Shown here piece after piece: positions 1 through 9,659 of a stretch of DNA of 64,000 nucleotides. A program made the translations under genes and the position numbers. Location of the stretch: positions 26,866 through 90,865 of the forward strand of contig CAYMIK010000002.1 of assembly GCA_964390745.1 (NCBI GenBank). The letters are read 5' to 3'. Under the pieces are notes generated by a model. That model was given only the letters and a program-made list of their open reading frames with translations, did no database searches and was not told the origin of the DNA. Numbering within the stretch: position 1 is the stretch's first letter; the number at the start of each line of letters is the position of its first letter. Source of the stretch: an uncultured Candidatus Saccharibacteria bacterium. Lineage in GTDB: Bacteria > Patescibacteriota > JAUYIX01 > CAYMIK01.

Positions 1-1359
1 GACGGAAAACTTCACGATGCTGTTGCTGTTCTCGACGAGTCTTCCCTCACGGGCGAAAGTCTTCCTACCGAGCACACCAAGGGAGAAGAGCTCATGTCGG
101 GTGCAATAAATTCTGACAAGGCTATTACCATTACGGCAACACAAACTGCTGAAAAAAGTCAGTACCAACAAATTATCGCTTTGGTGAAAGAAGCCTCGCA
201 GTCCGAGGCGCCATTCGTTCGCTTGGCTGACCGTTACGCTGTTCCATTTACATTGGTTGCTTTTGTGATTGCAGGAATAGCCTGGGCAATTTCTGGTCAA
301 GCCCTTCGATTCGCGGAAGTTCTTGTGGTAGCTACTCCGTGTCCGCTTCTGCTGGGTGCTCCTATCGCTTTTATCTCCGGCATGAGCCGAAGTGCGAAGC
401 ATGGGGTGATTGTCAAAAATGGTTCGATCTTAGAGCGGCTCGCGCAAGTGAAAACCGCTGCCTTTGATAAAACAGGAACGCTCACTGAAGGTAAGCCAAA
501 GGTGGTCAGTGTGCATCCTGAAAAAGAATTTACTGCGGATGAAGTTCTGAAAATTGCTGCAAGTGCTGAACAATCGTCCAATCATATTCTCGCTAAGGCC
601 TTGGTGGCTGATGCAGCGAAAAAGAATGTGCAACTTATGATTGCGCACGACCTCAAAGAAGTTATCGCGCAAGGAATTTCTGCAACGCTCGATGGCAAAA
701 AAGTTTTAGTTGGTCGTGCAAAGTTTTTGAAAGATAACGGTATTGCCATTCACCAGCAAGCCGACAAGATGGGCGAAACGATTATTCATGTGGCACAAGA
801 ACATATTTATGCTGGAAGTGTTATCCTTACCGACAAGATTCGCGACAACACACATGAAACCGTTGAAAGATTATACAATCTTGGCGTAGAAAAAACGCTT
901 ATTGTAACCGGTGACGAAGAAGAAGTTGCAAAACGCATTGCCAAAGAGGCAGGAATTTCCGATGTTCGAGCAAAACTCTTACCTCAAGATAAGGTGAATG
1001 CCATCAAAGAACTCAAAGAGCGTCCGGTTCTTATGATTGGCGATGGTGTAAACGATGCACCGGTCTTGGCAGCTGCGGAAGTTGGTATGGCCATGGGAGC
1101 AAGAGGCTCTACGGCTGCAAGCGAGGTTGCTGATGTTGTTGTGCTTGTTGATGATATTTCACGGGCAGCAGAAGCGGTCAAGATAGCGAAAAATACCCTG
1201 AAAATTGCTCTTCAGAGCGTCTGGTTTGGTATTGCGCTCTCTGTGGTCCTCATGATCGTTGCGGCTACTGGAATCATTCCTGCGGTGATTGGTGCAGCGC
1301 TCCAAGAAGTAGTAGACGTTGTAGTCATTTTCAACGCTCTTCGGGCACATCTTGCCTAA
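1..1359 (+). CDS. Heavy-metal P1B-type ATPase, P1B-5-like (5' end lies outside the window)
   Basis: Frame open from base 1 (DESSLTGES actuator motif); TPCP, DKTGT, GDGVND, QSVWFGIALS and QEVVD motifs. Confidence 0.92.
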   Translation, partial: DGKLHDAVAVLDESSLTGESLPTEHTKGEELMSGAINSDKAITITATQTAEKSQYQQIIALVKEASQSEAPFVRLADRYAVPFTLVAFVIAGIAWAISGQALRFAEVLVVATPCPLLLGAPIAFISGMSRSAKHGVIVKNGSILERLAQVKTAAFDKTGTLTEGKPKVVSVHPEKEFTADEVLKIAASAEQSSNHILAKALVADAAKKNVQLMIAHDLKEVIAQGISATLDGKKVLVGRAKFLKDNGIAIHQQADKMGETIIHVAQEHIYAGSVILTDKIRDNTHETVERLYNLGVEKTLIVTGDEEEVAKRIAKEAGISDVRAKLLPQDKVNAIKELKERPVLMIGDGVNDAPVLAAAEVGMAMGARGSTAASEVADVVVLVDDISRAAEAVKIAKNTLKIALQSVWFGIALSVVLMIVAATGIIPAVIGAALQEVVDVVVIFNALRAHLA

Positions 1360-1436
1360 CCTCCAAAGTAGGAAGCGAATCAATCTTCTTGATTTATTCG
1401 CTTGTTTCTGCTAGGCTCAAGGTGTAAGGAGTAACT

Positions 1437-2027
1437 ATGTACGCGCTCAAAGGTAACCAACTTTATGCGCAGAGCCTCGAAACAGTGAACTCCACCGGGT
1501 ACGCAAAGCGTCTCGCACACGGACTTATACAATCAGCAATGAAGGCAGACCCAACGCTTGCGACATATCTTGTGGAGATGAAGGCAAGAAGTGCGCATCA
1601 TGATGAAATTGCGAGGAGCAATCCTCTCGAAGCCTTCGTGCGTTATAGAAAAAGAAGTGAGTCGATGAGAAACATCGACCAATTTTTGCATGCGGTTTCA
1701 CCGCGATTTTTGCAACGACTCATTCCGTTTTTGCGAAGTCGGGGCTACGAATGTGTCCTTGGCATATTTCCTTCGGGCGCAGAATCATTGATCATGTATG
1801 GTGGAACAACGCACGAAATTCAGTTGTCGCTGTGGATTCATTTGAAAAATATTGGAAATGTCTTCATGGCTGAATCGCAGACACGAAACAAGCACGACGT
1901 GGTGAATGTCATTCATTCTATGAACACGGAACGAAAAACCAGAATAGGAGAAGGGGATCGTGCATTTGACGTGTACGAATCAGATTCGCTCAACATTCCA
2001 CGAAGATTTCGAATGTGGGATTCGTAA
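1437..2027 (+). CDS. Hypothetical protein
   Basis: 196-aa ORF with AAGGAG RBS upstream that fills the gap between genes; no motif recognised. Confidence 0.7.
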   Translation: MYALKGNQLYAQSLETVNSTGYAKRLAHGLIQSAMKADPTLATYLVEMKARSAHHDEIARSNPLEAFVRYRKRSESMRNIDQFLHAVSPRFLQRLIPFLRSRGYECVLGIFPSGAESLIMYGGTTHEIQLSLWIHLKNIGNVFMAESQTRNKHDVVNVIHSMNTERKTRIGEGDRAFDVYESDSLNIPRRFRMWDS

Positions 2028-2041
2028 TCTCATATCATAGC

Positions 2042-2069
2042 TTGCGAAAAACACTGAACCAGTTATGAT
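2042..2069 (+). promoter_or_regulatory. Sigma70-type promoter, likely leaderless transcript
   Basis: TTGCGA-16 nt-TATGAT, then 6 nt, then ATG 2076. Confidence 0.5.
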
Positions 2070-2075
2070 GGATGC

Positions 2076-2804
2076 ATGAAAAAACCAGACAACGCTGAAC
2101 GAGTACAAAAGATTCTTTCACAAGCGGGCTTTGCTTCACGGCGAGCGGCTGAGAAGTTGATCGAAGAAGGTCGCGTGTTTGTTAATGGGCAAAAAGTTTC
2201 GTTAGGAATGAAGGCCTCACTCTCCGACGATATCCGTGTTAACGGGAAAAAGATCTCACTTACTTTTGCTACGAAGCATGTGTATTTTGCGTTTCATAAA
2301 CCGCGAGGATACATCGTTTCGGAGGTGCAGCAGGGCGATGATCCGATTATCTTTGACCTCCTCCCGAAAAGACCACGAGTTTTTGCCGTCGGGCGGCTCG
2401 ATAAAGAGTCTGAGGGATTATTGCTTCTCACAAATGATGGTGACTTTGCGCAAATGATCATGCATCCAAAGCATGAAGTAAAAAAGATCTACAACGTATT
2501 GCTCGATCGGCCACTCGCTACTGCCGACAGGAACGCCATCGAGAAGGGTATTGATATTGTTGACGAAGACCACACGAAGTATTCAACCCAAGGAACCAAG
2601 ATATTGGCTCAAAGTGGCGCTAAGAAGTTTCGGGTTGAAATTCGTATGGGAAAGTATCACATGATTCGAAAGATGTTTGGCCATTTTGGATATGCGGTTA
2701 GCCGTCTCCAGCGTGTTGCGATTGGTTCTGTGAAGTTGGGAAATCTTGCCTCGGGGAAGTTTCGTGAACTTACAGAAGAAGAGCGAAATTCACTTCGTGC
2801 GTAA
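2076..2804 (+). CDS. rluB: rRNA pseudouridine synthase, RluB/RsuA family with S4 domain
   Basis: N-terminal S4 domain (RVQKILSQAGFASRRAAE), HKPRG, catalytic GRLDKESEGLLLLTNDG. Confidence 0.9.
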   Translation: MKKPDNAERVQKILSQAGFASRRAAEKLIEEGRVFVNGQKVSLGMKASLSDDIRVNGKKISLTFATKHVYFAFHKPRGYIVSEVQQGDDPIIFDLLPKRPRVFAVGRLDKESEGLLLLTNDGDFAQMIMHPKHEVKKIYNVLLDRPLATADRNAIEKGIDIVDEDHTKYSTQGTKILAQSGAKKFRVEIRMGKYHMIRKMFGHFGYAVSRLQRVAIGSVKLGNLASGKFRELTEEERNSLRA

Positions 2805-2888
2805 CAAGCGTAGATCTCTTCGCGACCAGGCGCTTCCGAAAAGGCCCTCATTTTGGTATAATCGGTGCAACTATTAAACTCCACGAAT

Positions 2889-3557
2889 ATGAAATCAGTA
2901 GAAACTCATGATGACGTTCCGGAATCTGGTGCGCTTTTTATTACCATCGTAATTTGTATTTTGCTTGTCATTTTGGCCGCTGGTCTTGCCTACAATCTTG
3001 GACAGGCAAACCCATTTGTTCCAGTGCCGGTTGGTGATGTGGTGAAAGTTGAACCAACGGATCTTGCCAAGAAACTCAAGATGGACAATGCTGATGTGCA
3101 TGTTGTTTTGAATCTGAACAATGGGTACGCGAATGTTGAAATCACACCAAAGGATGGTTTTGTTATGCCCGCTGGTGCAACTATTGAAGCCTATCTTGTT
3201 GATGGTGGCACCGTGGGAGACTTTGGAACCTCGTCTGAAACCAAGGCTGATGAATTCTATGGTCAAACGCTCTCGAACGGTGATGTTGACACGTTATACG
3301 ATCAGATCCCGTACGCGCTTTCTTTCGGAAGAATCAAACGAGAAGACAAAACAAACAGATACGCAATAACATACAATGTTCAGAACACTCTGACCCCGTA
3401 TGATCAAATTGTTTTGACCCTAGAAAGCGACACGGAACGATCCGATTTTGACCCTCGTCCCGGTGCCGTGCTCTTTCGAGGTTCAATTCCCAACACGATG
3501 AAATCACAAAAAGCCTTGAATGAGGCTGACGAAGCGAGTGATGCATCACGTAAGTAG
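2889..3557 (+). CDS. Membrane-anchored protein with an RskA C-terminal-like extracellular domain
   Basis: Single N-terminal TM helix; IEAYLV...LSFG...IVLTLES...PRPGAVLFRG resembles RskA_C; upstream TGGTATAAT. Confidence 0.55.
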   Translation: MKSVETHDDVPESGALFITIVICILLVILAAGLAYNLGQANPFVPVPVGDVVKVEPTDLAKKLKMDNADVHVVLNLNNGYANVEITPKDGFVMPAGATIEAYLVDGGTVGDFGTSSETKADEFYGQTLSNGDVDTLYDQIPYALSFGRIKREDKTNRYAITYNVQNTLTPYDQIVLTLESDTERSDFDPRPGAVLFRGSIPNTMKSQKALNEADEASDASRK

Positions 3558-3564
3558 GTAGATT

Positions 3565-4272
3565 ATGCCACTTCCCACACCCAGTCCGATGCCAGGACAA
3601 ATGCCTATTGGAAACCCACAACGTCCCGTGGGTGGTTTTGGAGGTAATCCGCTTCCGCCTGCAATGGGTGGACAGATGCAGCAAGGAATGGCGGGAGCGC
3701 AACAAAGCAGCATGTCGGGCGGAATCCAGGGAGGAATGGCAGGTCAGTATCAGCCGCAAGGTATGGCGGGGCAATCGCGCATTGACTACGCAGGGAGACA
3801 GCGAGAAATTTTGAATGCACACTTGCAGCGCCAAGGACAGGCCGCCATGAATGCTGCGTCACAGAATTCTGGCGGATTCTTCTCTAAAATTTTTGGTGGC
3901 GGTGCGGCTACTTCGGCTAGTGGTGCTTCTGCTCCACGTTCAGCTACGGCACAACAAGCACAGGAGCAAGGAGGCACAAAGCCCGGTGGACTTTTATCTA
4001 CTTTGGGATTTGGCCGTCCATCGCAAAATGCAGCGCAGACACAATCGTATGCTGCACGCAGAGGCGAAGCCTACTCCTCCTACAAAAAAGCTACGATGCA
4101 GCAATCCAAAATGCAAAAAGATATGGCATTTCGCCAACGCCAGATGGAGCGTGCAAAAAGTTCTTCCATGCAGCGATTCCATGCTTCGAAGCTTGAGAAA
4201 ATGCAGAAATCTTTTGACAAAAGCTCCAAATCGACGAAAAAGAGCTACCTCGATTACAAGTACACAAAATAG
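3565..4272 (+). CDS. Low-complexity P/G/Q/M-rich protein with a basic C-terminus
   Basis: 235-aa ORF filling the gap; its stop overlaps the lgt GTG start. Confidence 0.7.
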   Translation: MPLPTPSPMPGQMPIGNPQRPVGGFGGNPLPPAMGGQMQQGMAGAQQSSMSGGIQGGMAGQYQPQGMAGQSRIDYAGRQREILNAHLQRQGQAAMNAASQNSGGFFSKIFGGGAATSASGASAPRSATAQQAQEQGGTKPGGLLSTLGFGRPSQNAAQTQSYAARRGEAYSSYKKATMQQSKMQKDMAFRQRQMERAKSSSMQRFHASKLEKMQKSFDKSSKSTKKSYLDYKYTK

Positions 4273-5060
4273 TGCTTCCATACTACCAATTCACAACCTA
4301 TCATATTGGACCCGTGGTCTTGCAGGTATGGGGAACATTTGTCGCGCTGGGTTTTGGTGCTGCGCTTTGGCTGGGTTTTCGAGAAGCACCAAAACGTCGT
4401 CTCGATACGGATTATTTTCTCTCTCTGTCGCTTTGGATGGTTGTCTTTGCGCTCATCGGCGCGCGGCTTTTTTATGTTCTACTTTTTTGGGGTGACTATC
4501 AGGGCAATCTCTTGCAGGTTCTGGAGGTTTGGAATGGGGGAATGGTAGCGTATGGCGGTATTATAGGGGCTCTTGTGGCACTGTATGTCTTTCTTCGACG
4601 CCACAAGCTTCCTATTCTCGAATACCTGGATCTGGTCGCACTTGTTTTTCCTGCGGGGTATGCTATTGGACGGATCGGTTGTCACCTCATCAGGGATCAC
4701 ATGGGAAAACTTACCAATATGCCATGGGGATTCGTGATTGCACCCGGCGAAGTTCGTCACGATACGGCTCTCTATAGTATCCTCGGCGGGATAGTTTTAT
4801 TTGCGATCTTCTGGTTCAATAGAAAGAGATTTCGTACTCCGGGTGTCATCGCCCTTGCAACGGCTGGTCTGTATGCCCTCGAACGCATGATTATTGATAA
4901 TTTTCGGGCTACGGACATTACCGGCAGTGACCCAAGGTTTTATGGCTTCACTCTTTCGCAGTATATTTCTGCTTTGACTGTTCTCTTTTGCGCTGTAACA
5001 CTTTTTTATCTACTTAGACACAAATCATCCCCAGAAATACGCGAAAAGCCTCTTGATTGA
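4272..5060 (+). CDS. lgt: Prolipoprotein diacylglyceryl transferase
   Basis: IGARLFYV, WNGGMVAYGG and IGRIGC motifs; multiple TM helices. Confidence 0.9.
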   Translation: MLPYYQFTTYHIGPVVLQVWGTFVALGFGAALWLGFREAPKRRLDTDYFLSLSLWMVVFALIGARLFYVLLFWGDYQGNLLQVLEVWNGGMVAYGGIIGALVALYVFLRRHKLPILEYLDLVALVFPAGYAIGRIGCHLIRDHMGKLTNMPWGFVIAPGEVRHDTALYSILGGIVLFAIFWFNRKRFRTPGVIALATAGLYALERMIIDNFRATDITGSDPRFYGFTLSQYISALTVLFCAVTLFYLLRHKSSPEIREKPLD

Positions 5061-5081
5061 GGCAGACCGGTTCATTATAAT
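5053..5081 (+). promoter_or_regulatory. Sigma70-type promoter, likely leaderless transcript
   Basis: TTGATT-17 nt-TATAAT, then 6 nt, then ATG 5088. Confidence 0.6.
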
Positions 5082-5087
5082 AATTGC

Positions 5088-5858
5088 ATGAAACGAAAAA
5101 TGTTCTCCTGGCAGAATTTACTCGTAGTTCTGGGAATTCTCGTGCCCGAAGGACTCCTTTTTTGGTATGCAGACAAAGGTACTACGAGCATATTTTTGCT
5201 TGCTGGTCTGGTGTTTGGATGGAACTTTGTCTTCTTAGCCGTACGTTTTTTCGCGGTTCGTTTTATCTTCGACAAAAAAGAAAAGTTTTGGACGCATGTC
5301 CTTACCATGTTTCTTACTTCGAACTATCTTTTCTTTGGTTTTGGAACCTGGATCTTTGTTGATACGGACTCCATAACCTACCGCGTCCTGCCATTTGCCT
5401 TGCTTGCGCTCTATGCTGTGGTGTGGCTTTCGCAAAACTCTGTATTTTGGGAAGTTTTTACCTTTGTTGCGCTCGCACTCAGTATGGTGTTTTCTTGGCT
5501 CCTGGTCATTCCACTCGCGTTCTCTGGTGGGGTACTTGCAGCCATCTGCCTGTACAGCGTCTTCATTGCGGCCTACAACTGGGCCAAAATTCAAGAACTT
5601 GATATACATAACGCCCTATTTTTTGCGGCACTGACATCGCTTATTATGAGCGAAGTCAGCTGGGTGCTCCTCCTCTGGCCCATACACCTTACGAGCCTCA
5701 CAGTTATTATGTTGGGGATCTTCTTTACCTTTGGGATGCTTGTTATACGTGCGCACCACAAAAGACTGCGCTCACACCATGCGGTTTCGTACCTTGCAAC
5801 CTCGCTCTTATTTTTCGTGTTCCTTTGTATGACGAGTCAATGGAAGCCTCCCTTATAA
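5088..5858 (+). CDS. Polytopic membrane protein (possibly DUF5656-like)
   Basis: About 9 hydrophobic segments; SEVSWVLLLWP pattern. Confidence 0.7.
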   Translation: MKRKMFSWQNLLVVLGILVPEGLLFWYADKGTTSIFLLAGLVFGWNFVFLAVRFFAVRFIFDKKEKFWTHVLTMFLTSNYLFFGFGTWIFVDTDSITYRVLPFALLALYAVVWLSQNSVFWEVFTFVALALSMVFSWLLVIPLAFSGGVLAAICLYSVFIAAYNWAKIQELDIHNALFFAALTSLIMSEVSWVLLLWPIHLTSLTVIMLGIFFTFGMLVIRAHHKRLRSHHAVSYLATSLLFFVFLCMTSQWKPPL

Positions 5859-7441
5859 AAAAAATACAACAATTTCTTGTTCACTATTCGTACCAGCTTT
5901 CTCTGGCGTTTCTTGTCATTCTGGTTTCTGTATTTGGTGCCATTGAGCTCGTTCGTGGTGGAACGCTCACGACGTTTACGGGCATCGCGATGCTCCTATT
6001 GGTTCTGGTTGTTGTTGCGGTGTGGGTGAAGAAGGGTCACGTTGAATGGATCCTGTACGCCTACGTCTTTATTCAGCCACTTACAAAATTCCAGACGATT
6101 GTCTTTGGATCAATTCGTCTGAGCTTCGTATTGTTTGGGTGCGCTATCCTTGGTTATATTTTCGTCGTTTTCAAAAAGAAATCCTGGAACGATGTAAAGC
6201 TTTCGAAACTCTTTGTTCCACAGGCGTTGTTTGTTGCTGCAGTAGTTCTCTCTACTTTGATCAATATAGCCCACGTACAAAGTTTCGAGCGAGCTGTTTT
6301 GCATCTTTCTAACCTTATCTTTGTTGTCCTTGCTTTGCAGCTTATTGATTCAGGAGAGAAGTTCTTTCGACTTGTAGCAACGTGGTACGCAAGTGTTACG
6401 CTTCTGGTTCTTTTTGGTGCGGCTGTTTCTGTCTGGAGCGAGATTACGGGGCGCACGACTTCTGAATTTGTACAAACTTCCGTTGATGGCGTGATTCGTA
6501 TTTCTTCGCTGACTCCCGATGCCGGGTATTTTGCCTCCTTGCTTCTGATCCCGATGGCACTGGGTCTTGCTCTTCTGCTGACACAAAAAATTCTCTTGAA
6601 GCGGTCGTATGCAATCTTCCTGACCTTTTTTGTCGTCATGAGCATTGCACTTATGCTCATCTCGTACTCTCGCGCAGGATTCTTGGCGATGCTCGCAGTA
6701 TTTTTCTTCCTTTTGTTTTTTGAAAAACAGTATCGGCGCTACCTTTTCTGGACAAAATTTGCTGGGCTTATCGTTGCAGGTATTATTGTTGCCGTCGTTT
6801 TGCAGCCACAATTCTTGCGCAACATGGTGCTCCGTGTCCCGAACTCAGTAATTTCTCAGCATGAGAAAATTATAATGGCTTCAGCACTGAACTTTGATAA
6901 GTCGAAAATTCTTTTTGTCGGGCAGGGGAGAGGGTTGGTTGGCGGACACGATGCTACGGCACAGGAGCTCGATCAAAACTTTGAAGACAATATTTCTTCA
7001 GATGCGATCGATGTTCGAACATTGTACTGGAATGTAGCGATAAAAATGTTTCAGAGACACCCAACTTTTGGTCTCGGATCCAATGGGTATCCATACAATT
7101 TTGAAACATACTACGGCTACTCCTACTTTGCCAAGTTGCCCAACGCGCATAATATTTACCTTGAAACGGCAGCCGAGTATGGAGTTGTGGGGCTCGCTGC
7201 CCTCGCGTATCTTGTGATTCGCGCCTTGGTACAGGTTCGAACCTTGCACTCTTTTGCAGGCGACGCGCAAAAACCATTCCTGTACGCGCTGGGTGTAGCG
7301 TTTATTGCCTCGCTCTTGCAGTTTTTCTTCCAGCCCGGTTTCAATGTCCTGAATCTTTGGCTTATTATCGCAGCTTTGAGTCTCTATGAAGTTTTACCCA
7401 AAGAAGAGCTGAAAAAAATTTCTCAAACCATTTCCAAGTAA
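5840..7441 (+). CDS. O-antigen ligase/Wzy_C family membrane protein
   Basis: SYSRAG, R..YW..AIKMF..HP.FGLG and AHNIYLE motifs; about 12 TM helices; alternative start TTG 5825. Confidence 0.85.
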   Translation: MEASLIKKIQQFLVHYSYQLSLAFLVILVSVFGAIELVRGGTLTTFTGIAMLLLVLVVVAVWVKKGHVEWILYAYVFIQPLTKFQTIVFGSIRLSFVLFGCAILGYIFVVFKKKSWNDVKLSKLFVPQALFVAAVVLSTLINIAHVQSFERAVLHLSNLIFVVLALQLIDSGEKFFRLVATWYASVTLLVLFGAAVSVWSEITGRTTSEFVQTSVDGVIRISSLTPDAGYFASLLLIPMALGLALLLTQKILLKRSYAIFLTFFVVMSIALMLISYSRAGFLAMLAVFFFLLFFEKQYRRYLFWTKFAGLIVAGIIVAVVLQPQFLRNMVLRVPNSVISQHEKIIMASALNFDKSKILFVGQGRGLVGGHDATAQELDQNFEDNISSDAIDVRTLYWNVAIKMFQRHPTFGLGSNGYPYNFETYYGYSYFAKLPNAHNIYLETAAEYGVVGLAALAYLVIRALVQVRTLHSFAGDAQKPFLYALGVAFIASLLQFFFQPGFNVLNLWLIIAALSLYEVLPKEELKKISQTISK

Positions 7442-7453
7442 TCGGGAGGATGT

Positions 7454-8674
7454 GTGTCTGAAACCATCATTACTTCTATTAAAGAAAAATCAGAAGGACC
7501 ATACCAAAAAATGAACGATGTCGACATGAAGCGACGTTTTAAGAAGCGACGAAGAGCGTTTGCTGGCCTCTTTGTATTTATTTCACTCGTAGTAGGTTTT
7601 ATCGGCGCCTTTTTGTATGATGAATTTGGACATCCGTTTTTTGCTTCCCATGGTCTTTTGCTGGGAATGAGCAATGGTGAAACTCGCGAGCTACAACCAG
7701 TAACTGTTGTCCAAAACGATGCAACCATTGATGCAGTTTCGAAGGTGAGCCCGGCCGTAGTAAGTATTGTGGCGCAATCTGGAAACAAGCGTATTAACTT
7801 TTTTAACGGCCAAGTGGGAACAACAACAGCATCTGGCTCGGGATTTATTGTGACTAGAGATGGACTTATCGCAACCAATCGTCATGTTATTGAAGACTCA
7901 ACAAAGATTTCCGTCATAACACAAGACGGTGGAAATTATGAGGCTAAGCTTATTAGTACCGATCCGCTCAATGACTTCGCGATCATAAAAATCGATAAAA
8001 AGGACCTTCCCGTTGTTGATCTTGGGTACTCCGACGAATTGAAAGTTGGGGAGCCAGTTATCGCCATCGGAAACGCTCTTGGCTCGTACACAAACTCTGT
8101 AACGGTAGGAGTTATTAGCGGAACCAACAGGGCCATTGTGGCGCAGTCAGAAAATTCTGAATCAGATCTTGAGGGTTTGTTGCAGGTGGATGCAGCCATT
8201 AACCAAGGTAACTCTGGCGGCCCACTCGTAAACATTAAAGGACAAGTAATCGGCGTTAACACGGCTGTCGACAAATCGGGGGAAGGCATTGGTTTTGCTA
8301 TACCGATTAATGATTTGCGACCAGCGATAGAAAGCGTGATCTCACAAGGTAAGATTGTTCGGCCCATGCTGGGAGTTCGCTACGTAAACATCACGCCAGA
8401 AATTTCTGCTCTGAACAAACTTTCAGTGAACAGGGGCGCGCTCCTCGATGGTGGACAAGGTGCAGAAAGTGGCATCATCGCTGGTGGCCCCGCCGACAAA
8501 GCAGGCCTCAAAACGGGGGACATAATAGAATCGGTCAACGGGCAAGAGATTAACGAACAAAACAGTCTCACGCGTATCTTGCAAAAGTTTAAGCCAGGTG
8601 ATCAGGTGGAAATTAAGTACCTTCGCGACGGCAAAGAGGCTTCTACGAAGGCAACCCTTAAAGAGGCTTCATAG
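7454..8674 (+). CDS. htrA: HtrA/DegP trypsin-like serine protease with PDZ domain
   Basis: TNRHV, DFAIIK and AAINQGNSGGP triad motifs; C-terminal PDZ; N-terminal TM. Confidence 0.93.
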   Translation: MSETIITSIKEKSEGPYQKMNDVDMKRRFKKRRRAFAGLFVFISLVVGFIGAFLYDEFGHPFFASHGLLLGMSNGETRELQPVTVVQNDATIDAVSKVSPAVVSIVAQSGNKRINFFNGQVGTTTASGSGFIVTRDGLIATNRHVIEDSTKISVITQDGGNYEAKLISTDPLNDFAIIKIDKKDLPVVDLGYSDELKVGEPVIAIGNALGSYTNSVTVGVISGTNRAIVAQSENSESDLEGLLQVDAAINQGNSGGPLVNIKGQVIGVNTAVDKSGEGIGFAIPINDLRPAIESVISQGKIVRPMLGVRYVNITPEISALNKLSVNRGALLDGGQGAESGIIAGGPADKAGLKTGDIIESVNGQEINEQNSLTRILQKFKPGDQVEIKYLRDGKEASTKATLKEAS

Positions 8675-8716
8675 AGCCTTTTCTTGGGAGTTGCTTGAAA
8701 CCAGAAAGCGCGTGTC

Positions 8717-8745
8717 TTGACAAAACACATAAAAAACGTTAGAGT
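8717..8745 (+). promoter_or_regulatory. Sigma70-type promoter
   Basis: TTGACA-17 nt-TAGAGT upstream of the Wzz-like gene. Confidence 0.55.
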
Positions 8746-8766
8746 TGGTTGTCAGAAAGAAACTCT

Positions 8767-9639
8767 ATGAAGCCAACACTCTTTCAAATCATCCGATCGC
8801 GCTTTGAGCACCTCGTTGTTATCTTCTTAACGGTGACGCTCATTGCGGTTATTATCACGATTGCCACGACTCCAAAATACGAAGGGCACTCGCGTATTCT
8901 TGTTATCCAAAAACAGCAATCGATCGATGCTTTTACGGCATCCAAGTCTGCTGACTACATAGCTGGCCTCTTAAATGAAGCGGTGTATTCCAAGTCATTT
9001 TTTGATTCACTCACAAAGCGCGACACGGGCCTTGCGTCACATTTTAGCAGTGACCCCGATAAGCGTTCGAAAGAATGGGCAAAGATGGTGGACTCGCGCG
9101 TGGATTCTGGAAAAGGCATCCTTGAAGTAAAGGTGTACGATGCGGACTCGAAACAAGCACAGCATGTTACTGATCTTATCGTTGCTACTCTCGTAAGTGA
9201 TGGTGCAAGCTATTACGGAGGGAGCTCGGATATTTCGATGCGTGTTATTGACGCTCCATCGGTTTCCACAAAACCGGCTCGACCATCGTTTGTATTAAAC
9301 ATCGGTGGCGGTATTTTGGTTGGCCTTGCACTTGACCTTGTGTACATTTTTATTATCGATTTGAGTTTGGCTCGAAAATTGGAAGAACGAGAGTACAATG
9401 GCCGACTTCATGAAGAAAACGAAATTCCACAAGACATTGAATTCTTGGCAGACGGTCATGTAGCCGCACAGCCGACACAACATGTTGTTTCGGAAAACTT
9501 TGAAGCACTTACTTCCCTGAAGCCATTTGCTTCAGAAGATCAGCCAATGCAAACTCCGCCTCAAGCACAAACTGTTCGTGAGGTACCTTTGCCGGATGAC
9601 GCTGCTTCGAATATTCAAAATTGGATGCGAAAAGAATAA
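8767..9639 (+). CDS. Polysaccharide chain-length determinant (Wzz/CapA/CpsC-like)
   Basis: Two TM helices; TPKYE..SRILV and VIDAPSVS.KPARP..VLNI.GG motifs. Confidence 0.8.
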   Translation: MKPTLFQIIRSRFEHLVVIFLTVTLIAVIITIATTPKYEGHSRILVIQKQQSIDAFTASKSADYIAGLLNEAVYSKSFFDSLTKRDTGLASHFSSDPDKRSKEWAKMVDSRVDSGKGILEVKVYDADSKQAQHVTDLIVATLVSDGASYYGGSSDISMRVIDAPSVSTKPARPSFVLNIGGGILVGLALDLVYIFIIDLSLARKLEEREYNGRLHEENEIPQDIEFLADGHVAAQPTQHVVSENFEALTSLKPFASEDQPMQTPPQAQTVREVPLPDDAASNIQNWMRKE

Positions 9640-9659
9640 GTTGTTCGCGCAGAAGAAGC

